Virus record (IMG/VR): IMGVR_UViG_3300026488_000010
Reading direction: 5' to 3' (one strand)
DNA length: 64,000 bases
Source of the DNA: a virus
Below, one piece after another: positions 9,524-20,405 of the stretch. How positions within the stretch are numbered: position 1 is the stretch's first letter; every line of letters begins with the position of its first letter. The position numbers and the translations under genes are program-made. The notes under the pieces are model-generated. The model had not been told where the DNA came from, ran no database searches, and was given only the letters and a program-made list of their open reading frames with translations.

Positions 9524-11386
9524 TTAGAATGTTCCACCATCGATATTAGCAACTAATTCTTCTACTTTAGTACTTGAATATACTGTACTTGTACTTGCAG
9601 TTGTATCATCAATAGATACACCAGCACCACCAACTAATGAATAAATTTTATCAGCTGATAAAGTTTTAGTAACATTATCATCTGCATCAACAATCGTATC
9701 ATCAATCAGAGCTGTAATTTCTGTTTGAACTTTATCCAATGACCAAGTTTTAGTTGAACTGGTAGTTAATGAATCATCAATTTCTGTTTTAGAATCAATT
9801 GCTGATTTAGTTTGAGAAACTGACCATACTTTATCAGTTGCGGTTGTACTTGCATCATCAATTAAACCAGTTACATCTGTATCAATTGCTGATTTAGTTT
9901 GAGAAACTGACCATACTTTATCAGTTGCGGTTGTACTTGCATCATCAATTAAACCAGTTACAGCTGTATCAATAACTGTATCAGTTTGTGAACTTGAATA
10001 CACTTTATCTGTAGCAGGGGTTGCATCATCAATTAAACCTGATACTGCTGTACCGATATTTGAATCGATTTTATCACTTGAATATGTTGTTGTAGTAGCA
10101 GATGTAGTATCATCGATAATATCTGTACCACCGACTAATGAATCGATTTTATCACTTGAATATGTTGTTGTAGTGGCAGATGTAGTATCATCGATAATAT
10201 CTGTACCTGTTGCAGCACGTAAATCACCAGTTTGAATATTGTTATCATCCCATGTAGCTGAACCTTCAGCTTTTGTTTGAAGACCAATTGTAAGAACACC
10301 TGTTGCAGAATCATACGCATCAGCAGCAGCATTTCTTTGAGTACCAGCGCCCGTTGAACCTGTTGAACCAGTTGAACCTGTTGAACCTTGAGCACCACGA
10401 ATATCAATTGTTGTATATCCTAGACCATCATCAGATTCAAATACTAGTTTATGTGTTTGACCTTGAACAGCACTTTCTGTTCCTGCACCAGAATCAGAAC
10501 CTTCAGTTAATACAGAAACACCTGTCCAACCAGCAGACACAGCACCTAATTCATTTTTAATTTTATCTACTGACCAAGTTACAATTGTAGATGTGCTTTG
10601 AGCATCATCAATTTTACCATCTGCATATGCTTTAGTTTTTGAACTTGACCATAGAGTATCAGTTGCAACAGCAGCATCATCAATAGCAGCAGCAACAGAT
10701 GAATCACCACCCTCAGCAGCAATTGAATAAATCTTATCAGCAGATAATGTTTTATCTGTGATATTATCAGCATCAACAATTGTATCATCAATCAGTGCTG
10801 TAATTTCAGTTGCAATTTTATTCGCTGACCATGTTTCATTTGTAGCTGAGCTTGCATCATTAATTAATGCTTCTAATCTAGTTGTTGTGAAGTATAAATT
10901 TGTAGTACCTTCAGCAACATCATCAGTAGTTAAAGTAATTGCGCCTGTTTTAGTGTTAACACTTGTTACAACATCAGTTGGTGTTGCAAGCACAGTCCAA
11001 TCTGTTACATCACCAGCAGAACCACCATTATGTACAAAAGTTTGACTAAGATCTGTACGAATTGCTACATCACCTTCTTCAGCAGTTAATGCAGTCATTG
11101 CAGCTTCATCAGCAACAGCAGTTACAGCAGTTAATGCTAATGCTGGTAATTGTGCAGTAGGAATGAGTCCACCAGCATCAAGTTCAGCTACACCACCTGC
11201 AGCGCCTTTAGCAGTTGTTAATATATAATCACCTGTTGCTGCAGCGGTTGCTGATACACCACCAGCTGTTGAGCCATCACCGATAAATAATTTCTTTTCG
11301 TCTGTTGTCCATATTAACTCACCATTTGCTGGTGTTATATTTAAACGATCTGCTTCGAGACCTCTTCTAATCTGAATTTTACCCAT
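9524..11386 (-). CDS. Tail fibre: Mtd_N-like head, short collagen-like G-x-x run, many IDD...(W/Y)SS.K repeats
   Basis: IQIRRG...GELIWTTDEKKLFIGDGSTAGG; GAQGSTGSTGSTGSTG; DNA-level 87-bp and 78-bp duplications at about 9795-9960 and 10065-10205. Confidence 0.8.
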   Translation of the reverse strand: MGKIQIRRGLEADRLNITPANGELIWTTDEKKLFIGDGSTAGGVSATAAATGDYILTTAKGAAGGVAELDAGGLIPTAQLPALALTAVTAVADEAAMTALTAEEGDVAIRTDLSQTFVHNGGSAGDVTDWTVLATPTDVVTSVNTKTGAITLTTDDVAEGTTNLYFTTTRLEALINDASSATNETWSANKIATEITALIDDTIVDADNITDKTLSADKIYSIAAEGGDSSVAAAIDDAAVATDTLWSSSKTKAYADGKIDDAQSTSTIVTWSVDKIKNELGAVSAGWTGVSVLTEGSDSGAGTESAVQGQTHKLVFESDDGLGYTTIDIRGAQGSTGSTGSTGSTGAGTQRNAAADAYDSATGVLTIGLQTKAEGSATWDDNNIQTGDLRAATGTDIIDDTTSATTTTYSSDKIDSLVGGTDIIDDTTSATTTTYSSDKIDSNIGTAVSGLIDDATPATDKVYSSSQTDTVIDTAVTGLIDDASTTATDKVWSVSQTKSAIDTDVTGLIDDASTTATDKVWSVSQTKSAIDSKTEIDDSLTTSSTKTWSLDKVQTEITALIDDTIVDADDNVTKTLSADKIYSLVGGAGVSIDDTTASTSTVYSSTKVEELVANIDGGTF

Positions 11387-11405
11387 TTTATTTCCTTATT
11401 TTTTA

Positions 11406-11417
11406 TAATTATTTGTT
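11406..11417 (-). promoter_or_regulatory. AACAAAT-N3-TA promoter candidate
   Basis: AACAAATAATTA 20 nt upstream of the 11386 start; recurs before other operon starts. Confidence 0.5.
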
Positions 11418-11440
11418 AGAGTGCGACTTAATCGCACTCT

Positions 11441-14400
11441 TTAAAAGGTTCCAAGATCTATTAATCCTAATTCAATATCTAATATTCTAAATAATGTGTC
11501 ATCATTTTTAAAGTCTTGTATAGTTGACGTTTCCGTCATGCCTGTGTTAGCAATCTTAATTAATTGTTCCATTTTGGAATTTATATTACTTTTAATTACA
11601 ATAACGTTTCCAATTGGTACAATATCAATACCTGTCGAATTGTAATTGTCAAAGAACGTAAAAGATGATGAAGAAGATTCTAATGTATCTAATCTATCAG
11701 TAATTCCAGAAACATCAGATATTCTTTGAGCATACTCCGAATCAATTCGTGTACTTAATGAATTATCTGATGCTATTCTTGCATCTTCCTCTGCTGATAT
11801 TGAAGTCGTTTGAATATCTGTTATGCGATCGTTTAATGATGTAACATCATATTCTCTAGCTGTTTGTTCATTATCAATATTGTCTTGTAATGTTATATCA
11901 GCAGCAACTCTTTCGTCGTGCTCAGTAGCGACTGATTCTAATTGCAGAGCAGCTAAATCATCAGTGTTTGTTTGAACTTGATCACTAAGATCTTTTAGAG
12001 GTGTGCCATTTTTAGTTAATAATACCTGTGCATCTAGATTAGCAATACTGTTTCGTAATAAATCATCAGCATCTGTTCTATCTGTTATCTCTGTTCCGAG
12101 GTCAGTATTTTGAACAGCATCTTCAACAGCAGTTATTCGATTTAACATATTTGAATGTTCATTTGAATTTGACGAGGTTAAAGAACTAATTGCATCAACT
12201 CTTGCTGTAACTTCATCATCAATCTGTTGTTGAAATCCACCAGAATCTATTGAGTCCATACGTGTTTCAATAATATCCATTCTAGAATTGGTAGCAACAT
12301 TGAGATCTTGCAGAACTTCTAAATCATGTGTAGTTGCATATTGCAAAACTTTTTCAAATTCCCAAACATATACAGCATTACCAGTAATTAGATTAAACGT
12401 ATCATCATGGTATGTTATATCAACTACTTGAGCATTAAGTGCTATCTTATCAATTAATACATTATTTCTAGTATAAACATTACATAAAAACTTATTATCA
12501 GCATTGAATACTATTTCAATCACATAATTTGTAGTTTTAAACATTTCTAAGAATGACGGATAAATAATAGATGTTGTCTTTTCAGTTGCTGTTGCATTTA
12601 CAAAATCAATATCATATTGTAACTGTCCAACGTTTGTTTCAATAATTAAAATACTATCAACTATTTGGAAGTCAAAAACTGTGCCGTTTGCAATATCAAT
12701 ATTAATAACATCATCATTTGTAAAGTTCATAATATTGATTCCACGATGATCTGAATCCATATGAACAACATATACTATCGCATATATAACAATTGTTGCA
12801 TAAAATTTATTAACAACTATATCTGTGCTGATCTTTTGACCTTGAACTTCTTTTTCATTAAATGTATTTAATAATCCAACATATGAATTTTTTTCATAAT
12901 CTTCTGAACCCGTTTCAACATATCTATAATAAATAAGATTATCAACAACTACTATAAAATCAGTGTAATCATTGTATTTGTCGAATGTTTGATATTCTGT
13001 ATAATTATTATTCAATAGAGATATTCGACCAACAACATAACGATTGTATCTATTTGTAACGTCTGATGGGTCATGTAAATATGTACCAGCAATATGCAAT
13101 ATATTATCATATACAAAACATGTCTCAAAACTAAAATAAGCATATGGTAAATCACATATGTACTTGTTTTTGAAAAATACTTGTTGTTTAAGAGTATGCT
13201 CATTATAACGAACATCAAAGTATGGATCGTTAGATGTATTATATGTTTTAATCAAATCTAAAAACGTTTTTTTAGGAATTGTTGATACATTATCATCCAT
13301 GAATCTTTTTGTAATTAGTGATTGATCAGTTTTTGGTTGGTATTTATCAATTGCGTATGGATTGTATTGTGATACATCAGGTGATCTAATATCGTCAACA
13401 GTATTTATCTTGAATATTCTATTACCATCAATTGCTACTAAATAGTTTTGATATTTAAACAATGTATAAATTTTAGATTCTAATGGTAATGTTTGAAAAT
13501 GTACTAAATCAATAGTTGAATATATAACTAGAGCTTCGCTGTATGATATATATAATAAATCATCGTATACATAAAAATCTTTAATTGATCCATTGAATGA
13601 TACGGAATCGTATTTGTATTTTGTCTCGATAGCATTTAAAAAATTACCATCTTTAAATAATGCTATAAAGTTCGAAGAGGCATACATTGTAGTTGTATCA
13701 TCAATCTTAAATAATACTTTTCTTACTGTACTTGCTTCAAATGGAATAGTGTCATCAGTAAAACCATAAGTATAATCAATAATATTGAGGTTAATAGATT
13801 GATTAAAATCTGAAAACGTTACATAGTTATTGAACATCGACATCTTAATACTTGAAACATCAGCTCCTGTGATATCAGCATTATCTATAAATGCTTGGTG
13901 AATGTCGATTGCAACATAACTGTTTAAACTATAATTGATCATCTCAAATAAAGTTCCATCAAATATTAGGATATATGATTCATGAAATTCAACAGTAAAT
14001 TTAGTATTAATAGAAATTGTTGTGCTAAATGAACCCTCTTCTGTTAAAGTATATTTATTTAATTCATCATTAAACGATTTTGTAAACATTTTTACAACAC
14101 ATGTTCCAGCATTGTCTGTTATAATAAAATATAAACCATTTTTTTCATATACATATTTAATTGGTTCAGGATGAGCAACATCATACGTTGCTCTTAATGG
14201 ATCCATTTTTAATTCAGATGTTCCAGATATTTGATCAAAATAATTTAATTTTCCAATATCAGAATAAGCTTTAGAACTTGATAATAAAACATTTGGTGAT
14301 TTACCATAATTTGAATATGTTGTGTAATCGAAAGCGTTGGCTGCTAATTTAACAAAATCAACTTGCTTCTTAGTTTTCTTGGTTTGGTTATCTATATCAG

Positions 14401-15184
14401 CAATTTTACCTTTAGTTATATTAACAGATGCTTCTGCATCTGCAATTAATGCTTCTTCTTCTGGTGTTAAAATACCATCAGCCAATGCCAATGTTACAAT
14501 TCTATTATATTCAATATAATCATTTTCTAATTGATGTGCAGCATCAATAGTTGCTTGTTCAGCAGCAGTAATTTTACCATCTAAAGCAGCTTCGGATTCT
14601 ATACGCTCAGTAATTGCAACTATACGTTTTTGTTCTTCTGCTAATATTGCTGCAGTACGTGCTGCTTCCTCATCGGTAATTCGACCATCTGCATTAGCCG
14701 CAGCTATACTTGCGCTAGACGCTTCAGTACTTGCAGCTAATATATCTGTTCCCATATTTGATAATCTCGCGTTATTCGCGTCTATAAATGATCTAGATAA
14801 AGTAATTAATGCTTCTTCTTCATCTGTTAAAACACCATCAGCCATTGCTTTAAGAACAACGTTTTGATATTCTTTATATGCAGCCGTTATATCAGCTGCC
14901 GCTTCAATTTGGGCCTGCTCAAACTGCGTAACAATGCCATCAGATTTTGCAGATGCAATTATTTGAGCTTCTTGTTGTGTAGCTAATTGCACTTCTAATT
15001 GAACTGCTCTTGCTATCGAAGCTTGCTCAAATTGATCAATCTTACCATCAAGATTAGCTGCCTCTAATATTTGGTCAGCTAATAATGTCTGTGTCTCTAG
15101 ATTAGACGATTCTAGTGCTCTAAAGTTATCATCTAATTCAGCAAACGATAATGGTCTGTCGATGTCCATACGATAATTAATCAT
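11441..15184 (-). CDS. Large tail fibre/baseplate protein (1247 aa)
   Basis: N-terminal RPLSFAELDDNF anchor motif, ADG(V/I)LT.EE repeats, aromatic beta-rich middle, coiled-coil C-terminus. Confidence 0.75.
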   Translation of the reverse strand: MINYRMDIDRPLSFAELDDNFRALESSNLETQTLLADQILEAANLDGKIDQFEQASIARAVQLEVQLATQQEAQIIASAKSDGIVTQFEQAQIEAAADITAAYKEYQNVVLKAMADGVLTDEEEALITLSRSFIDANNARLSNMGTDILAASTEASSASIAAANADGRITDEEAARTAAILAEEQKRIVAITERIESEAALDGKITAAEQATIDAAHQLENDYIEYNRIVTLALADGILTPEEEALIADAEASVNITKGKIADIDNQTKKTKKQVDFVKLAANAFDYTTYSNYGKSPNVLLSSSKAYSDIGKLNYFDQISGTSELKMDPLRATYDVAHPEPIKYVYEKNGLYFIITDNAGTCVVKMFTKSFNDELNKYTLTEEGSFSTTISINTKFTVEFHESYILIFDGTLFEMINYSLNSYVAIDIHQAFIDNADITGADVSSIKMSMFNNYVTFSDFNQSINLNIIDYTYGFTDDTIPFEASTVRKVLFKIDDTTTMYASSNFIALFKDGNFLNAIETKYKYDSVSFNGSIKDFYVYDDLLYISYSEALVIYSTIDLVHFQTLPLESKIYTLFKYQNYLVAIDGNRIFKINTVDDIRSPDVSQYNPYAIDKYQPKTDQSLITKRFMDDNVSTIPKKTFLDLIKTYNTSNDPYFDVRYNEHTLKQQVFFKNKYICDLPYAYFSFETCFVYDNILHIAGTYLHDPSDVTNRYNRYVVGRISLLNNNYTEYQTFDKYNDYTDFIVVVDNLIYYRYVETGSEDYEKNSYVGLLNTFNEKEVQGQKISTDIVVNKFYATIVIYAIVYVVHMDSDHRGINIMNFTNDDVINIDIANGTVFDFQIVDSILIIETNVGQLQYDIDFVNATATEKTTSIIYPSFLEMFKTTNYVIEIVFNADNKFLCNVYTRNNVLIDKIALNAQVVDITYHDDTFNLITGNAVYVWEFEKVLQYATTHDLEVLQDLNVATNSRMDIIETRMDSIDSGGFQQQIDDEVTARVDAISSLTSSNSNEHSNMLNRITAVEDAVQNTDLGTEITDRTDADDLLRNSIANLDAQVLLTKNGTPLKDLSDQVQTNTDDLAALQLESVATEHDERVAADITLQDNIDNEQTAREYDVTSLNDRITDIQTTSISAEEDARIASDNSLSTRIDSEYAQRISDVSGITDRLDTLESSSSSFTFFDNYNSTGIDIVPIGNVIVIKSNINSKMEQLIKIANTGMTETSTIQDFKNDDTLFRILDIELGLIDLGTF

Positions 15185-15193
15185 AGATATCCT

Positions 15194-16621
15194 TTATTTT
15201 TGTTCTAATTTTTTTAAACGTTTTTCAATATTTATAATAAATTGTGACATATTTTTATTTGCATCTTTATTTTTAACATCTCTTAATTCATTTCTTAAAC
15301 TAATAATTTCATTATTCAATTGTTTTAATTTGAACTCGCTTCTCTCATCAATACTTGCAAACGTTTCTTGTACTTCATTATAATTTATTTGAATTTCGTT
15401 GCGAATAGTTCTACGAATAACAACCATTTGATCTTCGATGGATTGAACATTGTTGACATTTAAATCTTTAAATTTTAACATTAGAGATTGTTCTAATTTT
15501 TCTGCCATTGTATCAAATGTATCTGATGATACATATGTATCATCAAAACCAATTTCTTTGATACGTTCATCTAAGGTTTTTAACAACTTTGCTTCAAATG
15601 ATACAGCGTGTGTTTTAAATAATGAATCAATATGTTTTAATCTAGAATCGATAGCAGTTCTAAAACTTTTCATTTCTTGCTCATATTTTAAAAGTTCTGA
15701 TTCTTTATCATCATTAAACTTTTTAAATTCTTGTTCTAATTGATCTTTAGTTGATTTTAATTCTGTATCTAAAGTATTCAATAAAATATCGTTATTTGAT
15801 TCAAGTACTTGTTGTTGGGTAGAAATGAAAGATAATATATCTTTTTTATTTTTAGATACAATATGTTGCATTGTGCTAAAATTATCTTTAGATTCATCCA
15901 TTAATTTAATTAATTGTGTTGATAAATCATAAAACGCTTTATTGTACTCTGATGTTTTTGAATCAATAATTGCAGTCATTGATGAATCAATGTCAGTATT
16001 AATCGAATCAATAAATTCTCTAATTTCTTTTGAGAATATATCTATTTGATCATTAAATGATATTAATATTTTATTATGAATATCTGTTTTTAATGCTTCT
16101 ATTTCTAAATCATGTTCTAATGATATATCATCTGCTTCAGCAAGCATTGTTTGAACAATCCCAAAAGCTTTTTCTAATTCAAATAATTTAACATTAAATA
16201 CTTCTTCCAATTCATGTCGAGCATCAGTATTCTCAGATATTAATGTTCTAATTTCAATATTATCATTAATTAATTTCTTAATCTTTTTATTTAATGGAGC
16301 TGCTGGTAATCGAGCATCTCTCCATTCAGAAAATTTACCATTTTTATTATCACGATGCATTGGTAATATATCCAAATCTATTGATACTATCTGTTGATAA
16401 GTTATTGAACCTTTTAATTGAGTATATAAAGTTCCGTGAATTATCTCGATAGGGATATTTAACCATCCTTTACCTATTTCAAAAGTATTTGTATTTTTAA
16501 GATAATTAGCATTTAAATCATCTTCTTTAATTATAGTAATTCTTGGATCAAAATCTAAACTCTCTAATTTATTTTGTTTATTTTGTTTAACATTAACATT
16601 CTGTAATGGAAATTTGGGCAT
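15194..16621 (-). CDS. Long coiled-coil protein
   Basis: Heptad-rich 475-aa ORF within the fibre region. Confidence 0.75.
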   Translation of the reverse strand: MPKFPLQNVNVKQNKQNKLESLDFDPRITIIKEDDLNANYLKNTNTFEIGKGWLNIPIEIIHGTLYTQLKGSITYQQIVSIDLDILPMHRDNKNGKFSEWRDARLPAAPLNKKIKKLINDNIEIRTLISENTDARHELEEVFNVKLFELEKAFGIVQTMLAEADDISLEHDLEIEALKTDIHNKILISFNDQIDIFSKEIREFIDSINTDIDSSMTAIIDSKTSEYNKAFYDLSTQLIKLMDESKDNFSTMQHIVSKNKKDILSFISTQQQVLESNNDILLNTLDTELKSTKDQLEQEFKKFNDDKESELLKYEQEMKSFRTAIDSRLKHIDSLFKTHAVSFEAKLLKTLDERIKEIGFDDTYVSSDTFDTMAEKLEQSLMLKFKDLNVNNVQSIEDQMVVIRRTIRNEIQINYNEVQETFASIDERSEFKLKQLNNEIISLRNELRDVKNKDANKNMSQFIINIEKRLKKLEQK

Positions 16622-16661
16622 AATATACTCCTTTACTAATTTGTTATCTATGAATCAAAGC

Positions 16662-16697
16662 ACAAGAAAGTTCCTAGAGATACTATATCTCTAGGAA
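16662..16697 (-). terminator. Hairpin + TTCTTGT terminator-like element
   Basis: Stem TTCCTAGAGAT/ATCTCTAGGAA, then minus-strand TTTCTTGTGCTTTGATT. Confidence 0.7.
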
Positions 16698-16725
16698 AAC
16701 GATCTTTATCGATAAAGATCGTTTT
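16696..16725. repeat. Perfect 30-bp palindrome AAAACGATCTTTATCGATAAAGATCGTTTT
   Basis: Read directly; identical copy at 39010-39039, variants at 30491, 57992 and about 61890. Confidence 0.95.
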
Positions 16726-16778
16726 ACAATTTTACTTTTTTAGGAGCTTCCCATTTTTCATTTGAACATGTAAATGTG

Positions 16779-17861
16779 CTAATGTGCTAATGTGCTAATG
16801 ATTTCATCGGTTTCATCATCACGTAATGCTTGAATGCATGATCCCATTGTATTGTCTTCTAATGCAACAACAGTATGTGATGCTTTTCCTCCAGCTTTTG
16901 TAGGAGAGAATTTTTGATCACTATATGAACCTCCAGTACCTGAAGATGAAGATGAAGACGAAGACGAAGATGAATTTTCACCCTCTGCATGTGAACCGTA
17001 ACCAATTGCCTCATTACCTTTACCCTCAGCATGTGATGCGAAACCCAGAGCTTTAGTGTTATAACCCTCTGCATGAGATGATACACCTAATGCTAAAGTG
17101 TCATGACCAAATGCTTGTGAGTTTTTACCACTCGCATCAACATTTAATCCAACTGCAATATTGTTTGATGTGGTTAAGTCTTTTTCTATAATATTAGCTG
17201 CGAGATTATATTCAACAACTGCTAAACCATTCTTTTTTTCAACTTTACTTATACAAAAATATAATTCATTTACAGGATCGTCTAAACCTTGAAAAACCAA
17301 TACATATGTTTTGTTTGTTTCAGAATCATTTGTTACAATACCTTGCTCAGACCATTCGTATGTATTCTCACCAAAATCTGTATTAACTTTAAAATTATAA
17401 TCAAATGATTGATTATAACTAAGCTCAGCATTAACTTGTTCAACATTATATATATTAACAACAATATCTTGAGTGCTCACAGATGCATCTAAACCTGATG
17501 ATGCCATAATAAATAATTGTTCTGTTGGTGCGAGCATTATTTCTTGTGTTAAAATCATAACGCCATTTGGTGCAGCGCTAGTAACATGAAGTTTTTGATC
17601 ATATGGTATATTATATTGATCATAAGATTCCTGATAATATTGTGTAATTAATCCTGCTCTAGCATCTAGTCCAATTGCGATGTTATTATTTTCATCAGGT
17701 TTGAATGCATCACCTAAATTTGACCAAACTATCTCTGATCGGCTATTTAACCAACCATGTTCACCAGTATCAGTTGCGAAAACAATTTCACCTTCCAATG
17801 GTGGTAAAGTCTCTAATATTCCTTTTGTGTTTCTTCTAAATAATACGCCTGTACCAGCCAT
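16779..17861 (-). CDS. Mtd_N-like fibre with YadA/Hep_Hag-type SHAEG repeats and poly-Ser
   Basis: GEIVFATDTGEHGW; three SHAEG repeats; SSSSSSSSSSS run. Confidence 0.75.
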   Translation of the reverse strand: MAGTGVLFRRNTKGILETLPPLEGEIVFATDTGEHGWLNSRSEIVWSNLGDAFKPDENNNIAIGLDARAGLITQYYQESYDQYNIPYDQKLHVTSAAPNGVMILTQEIMLAPTEQLFIMASSGLDASVSTQDIVVNIYNVEQVNAELSYNQSFDYNFKVNTDFGENTYEWSEQGIVTNDSETNKTYVLVFQGLDDPVNELYFCISKVEKKNGLAVVEYNLAANIIEKDLTTSNNIAVGLNVDASGKNSQAFGHDTLALGVSSHAEGYNTKALGFASHAEGKGNEAIGYGSHAEGENSSSSSSSSSSSGTGGSYSDQKFSPTKAGGKASHTVVALEDNTMGSCIQALRDDETDEIISTLAH

Positions 17862-17909
17862 TTTATTAATTATTATAAAGATTAAGTTTATTGTGAGGTT
17901 ATTGTGAGG

Positions 17910-19448
17910 TTATTGTGATATTTTTACAAAACCGTTATCAATATATAATCGTCCAGGATTTGCAGGATCAGCAGTAGGTAAACTACTAAAATCAACATCT
18001 TGTAAATCTTGAGTAACCCAACTTACACCATCAAATATCAATGCGTGTCCGTACTGAGGAGAAGTTGTTAAATCAACATCGCCTAAATCACCAATTGATG
18101 TTGCATTGAATGCATCCATATCTTTAAAATTTGTATGTGTCCAATCTGCACCATCAAACATCATAAGATCACCTGTCTGTGGCGAATTAAGAGTTACATC
18201 ACCTAAATCACCAATTGATGTTGCATCCAACGCATTAAGGTCAGCGAACTTACCAACCTGCCAAGAACCTGCTCCATCATTCATTAATATATCACCTTGA
18301 TTACCAGATGGTAAACCTCCGGATCCAGCATTATCGATCTCTGATCTAATCTTATCAGATGACCATGTAGTTGTTGATGCTTGATTTAAATCATCTAATT
18401 GTGATTCTATTGCAATTGTTCTCTCTGATACAATCTTATCAGATGACCATGTAGTTGTTGATGCTTGATTTAAATCATCTATTGATACACCAACAGCATT
18501 ATCAATCTCTGATACAATCTTATCAGATGACCATGTAGTTGTTGATGCTTGATTTAAATCATCTATTGATACACCAACAACATTATCAATCTCTGATACA
18601 ATCTTATCAGATGACCATGTAGTTGTTGATGCTTGATTTAAATCATCCAATTGTGATTCTATTGCAATTGTTCTCTCTGATACAATCTTATCAGATGACC
18701 ATGTAGTTGTTGATGCTTGATTTAAATCATCTAATTGTGATTCTATTGCAATTGTTCTCTCTGATACAATCTTATCAGATGACCATGTAGTTGTTGATGC
18801 TTGATTTAAATCATCTATTGATACACCAACAGCATTATCAATCTCTGATACAATCTTATCAGATGACCATGTAGTTGTTGATGCTTGATTTAAATCATCT
18901 ATTGATACACCAACAACATTATCAATCTCTGATACAATCTTATCAGATGACCATGTAGTTGTTGATGCTTGATTTAAATCATCTATATCAGCACCAGAAC
19001 CCGACGGGTTCGCAACATTATTTGCAGCAATAGCATTGTTGATTGATGTTGATGTTTTTGATGAACTCCAAACAGAATTTGAATTAATAGCACCATCATT
19101 GATACTTGCACCCGGTTGAATATTATTCAACAGTGTTGTAACTTGTTGTGAACTAAAAACTTTTGTATTTGATATATTAAGATCATCTACTTCCGCAAAG
19201 TCCAGTGAGTTATTATATGTTGCAAATGAGTTATTTATATATCCAACAATTTTATTAGCTGACCACGTGTTAGGTCCTTGAATGTTATCATCCATATTTC
19301 CTAATAAATCATTCCATATAACTTGTCCATTTACAAGCCAACCATATTTTTCAGTATCTGTCGCAAATACCAATTCGCCTTGAACAGGTGGATTAAATGT
19401 AAAATAATCCTGTATTTCTCTTCGTAATAATATTCCAGTACTAGCCAT
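17910..19448 (-). CDS. Mtd_N-like fibre protein with 8 tandem 28-aa repeats
   Basis: GELVFATDTEKYGW; (I/L)DDLNQASTTTWSSDKI x8; C-terminal IGDLGDV repeats. Confidence 0.8.
   Translation of the reverse strand: MASTGILLRREIQDYFTFNPPVQGELVFATDTEKYGWLVNGQVIWNDLLGNMDDNIQGPNTWSANKIVGYINNSFATYNNSLDFAEVDDLNISNTKVFSSQQVTTLLNNIQPGASINDGAINSNSVWSSSKTSTSINNAIAANNVANPSGSGADIDDLNQASTTTWSSDKIVSEIDNVVGVSIDDLNQASTTTWSSDKIVSEIDNAVGVSIDDLNQASTTTWSSDKIVSERTIAIESQLDDLNQASTTTWSSDKIVSERTIAIESQLDDLNQASTTTWSSDKIVSEIDNVVGVSIDDLNQASTTTWSSDKIVSEIDNAVGVSIDDLNQASTTTWSSDKIVSERTIAIESQLDDLNQASTTTWSSDKIRSEIDNAGSGGLPSGNQGDILMNDGAGSWQVGKFADLNALDATSIGDLGDVTLNSPQTGDLMMFDGADWTHTNFKDMDAFNATSIGDLGDVDLTTSPQYGHALIFDGVSWVTQDLQDVDFSSLPTADPANPGRLYIDNGFVKISQ
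18340..18985. repeat. 84-bp coding tandem repeat, 8 copies, three variant types
   Basis: GACCATGTAG anchors at 18361, 18445, 18529, 18613, 18697, 18781, 18865, 18949. Confidence 0.95.
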
Positions 19449-19795
19449 TAGTAATCTCCATTTAATTCATCTAAATTATTTTGTATTTCACTATTATTTG
19501 AATCTATTTTTTTCTTAACTGATTGAGCAGCACCATATACACCAGCACCTGCAGTTCCAATCGCACCTGCAATAATTAAAGGTTTTAAAACAGATTCTTG
19601 TAAAATAGGTTTAGGTTTTATATCTTTTAACCCTTTTGTTATTCTACTTGAACCACCATATTGCACTTGAGCTGTAGAACCGGAGGCATTAGAAACACCG
19701 CCAATTCCTCCAGTGATACCTCCAGCACCTGAAAATGCACCATCCTCTAAAATTGTTTTTATCAATTGTTTATTTACTTTAAGTATCATTATCAA
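19448..19795 (-). CDS. Gly/Ala-rich small protein with ILE leader (putative internal protein)
   Basis: MILKVNKQLIKTILE-DGAFSGAGG; second ILQES site. Confidence 0.7.
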   Translation of the reverse strand: MIMILKVNKQLIKTILEDGAFSGAGGITGGIGGVSNASGSTAQVQYGGSSRITKGLKDIKPKPILQESVLKPLIIAGAIGTAGAGVYGAAQSVKKKIDSNNSEIQNNLDELNGDY

Positions 19796-20394
19796 CCACC
19801 AGGTGTAAATGCATTAGTTGTTAAACCATATGTGTTAGGTTCTTGAGAATATTCAATCCATCCATCAATAATAAAATAATCATCTGCATCGATATACTCA
19901 CCTGTTTCATATACTGTAAATTGTCTAAGTTTAATTAAATATTTATCTAATGTTGCATTCAATTCAATACTCATTCTAAATTGCATCTTATCATCAGAGT
20001 ATGCTCCACCAATAAATCTTATCTTTTTATCAAGTGATTGAAATGTATCATCCATTGCTGGTATAATTACTCTACCTGATTGTGAATCTATTTTACCATC
20101 AGCATGGTCTTTTCTCCATCCTCTAATCATAATAAAATCATATGATAATCTTGTAGAATTTGTGGGTATCTCAGCAATTGTAAACTCTTGAGAGTTATCA
20201 CCTGTACCATTTGTATCGATGCTTACATTAATTTTTTGAGGTTTAACTTCAAAGTTTCCCCAAATAATATCCGAACCTTTTAATCTTCCAAACTCATCAG
20301 TGTCTATTGCATAAACCATTTCACCATCAACAGGTGGATCAATTATAAAATCCGCCTTATTTGCTCTTCTAAAAAGTATTCCTGTACTTGCCAT
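19792..20394 (-). CDS. Mtd_N-like domain protein
   Basis: MASTGILFRRANKA...GEMVYAIDTDEFG. Confidence 0.75.
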   Translation of the reverse strand: MASTGILFRRANKADFIIDPPVDGEMVYAIDTDEFGRLKGSDIIWGNFEVKPQKINVSIDTNGTGDNSQEFTIAEIPTNSTRLSYDFIMIRGWRKDHADGKIDSQSGRVIIPAMDDTFQSLDKKIRFIGGAYSDDKMQFRMSIELNATLDKYLIKLRQFTVYETGEYIDADDYFIIDGWIEYSQEPNTYGLTTNAFTPGG

Positions 20395-20405
20395 ATTTTT
20401 TCCTT

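Noticed and set aside
18340-18985. CRISPR array (regularly spaced repeats)
   Set aside because: Units are contiguous in-frame coding repeats with no unique spacers; no cas genes seen
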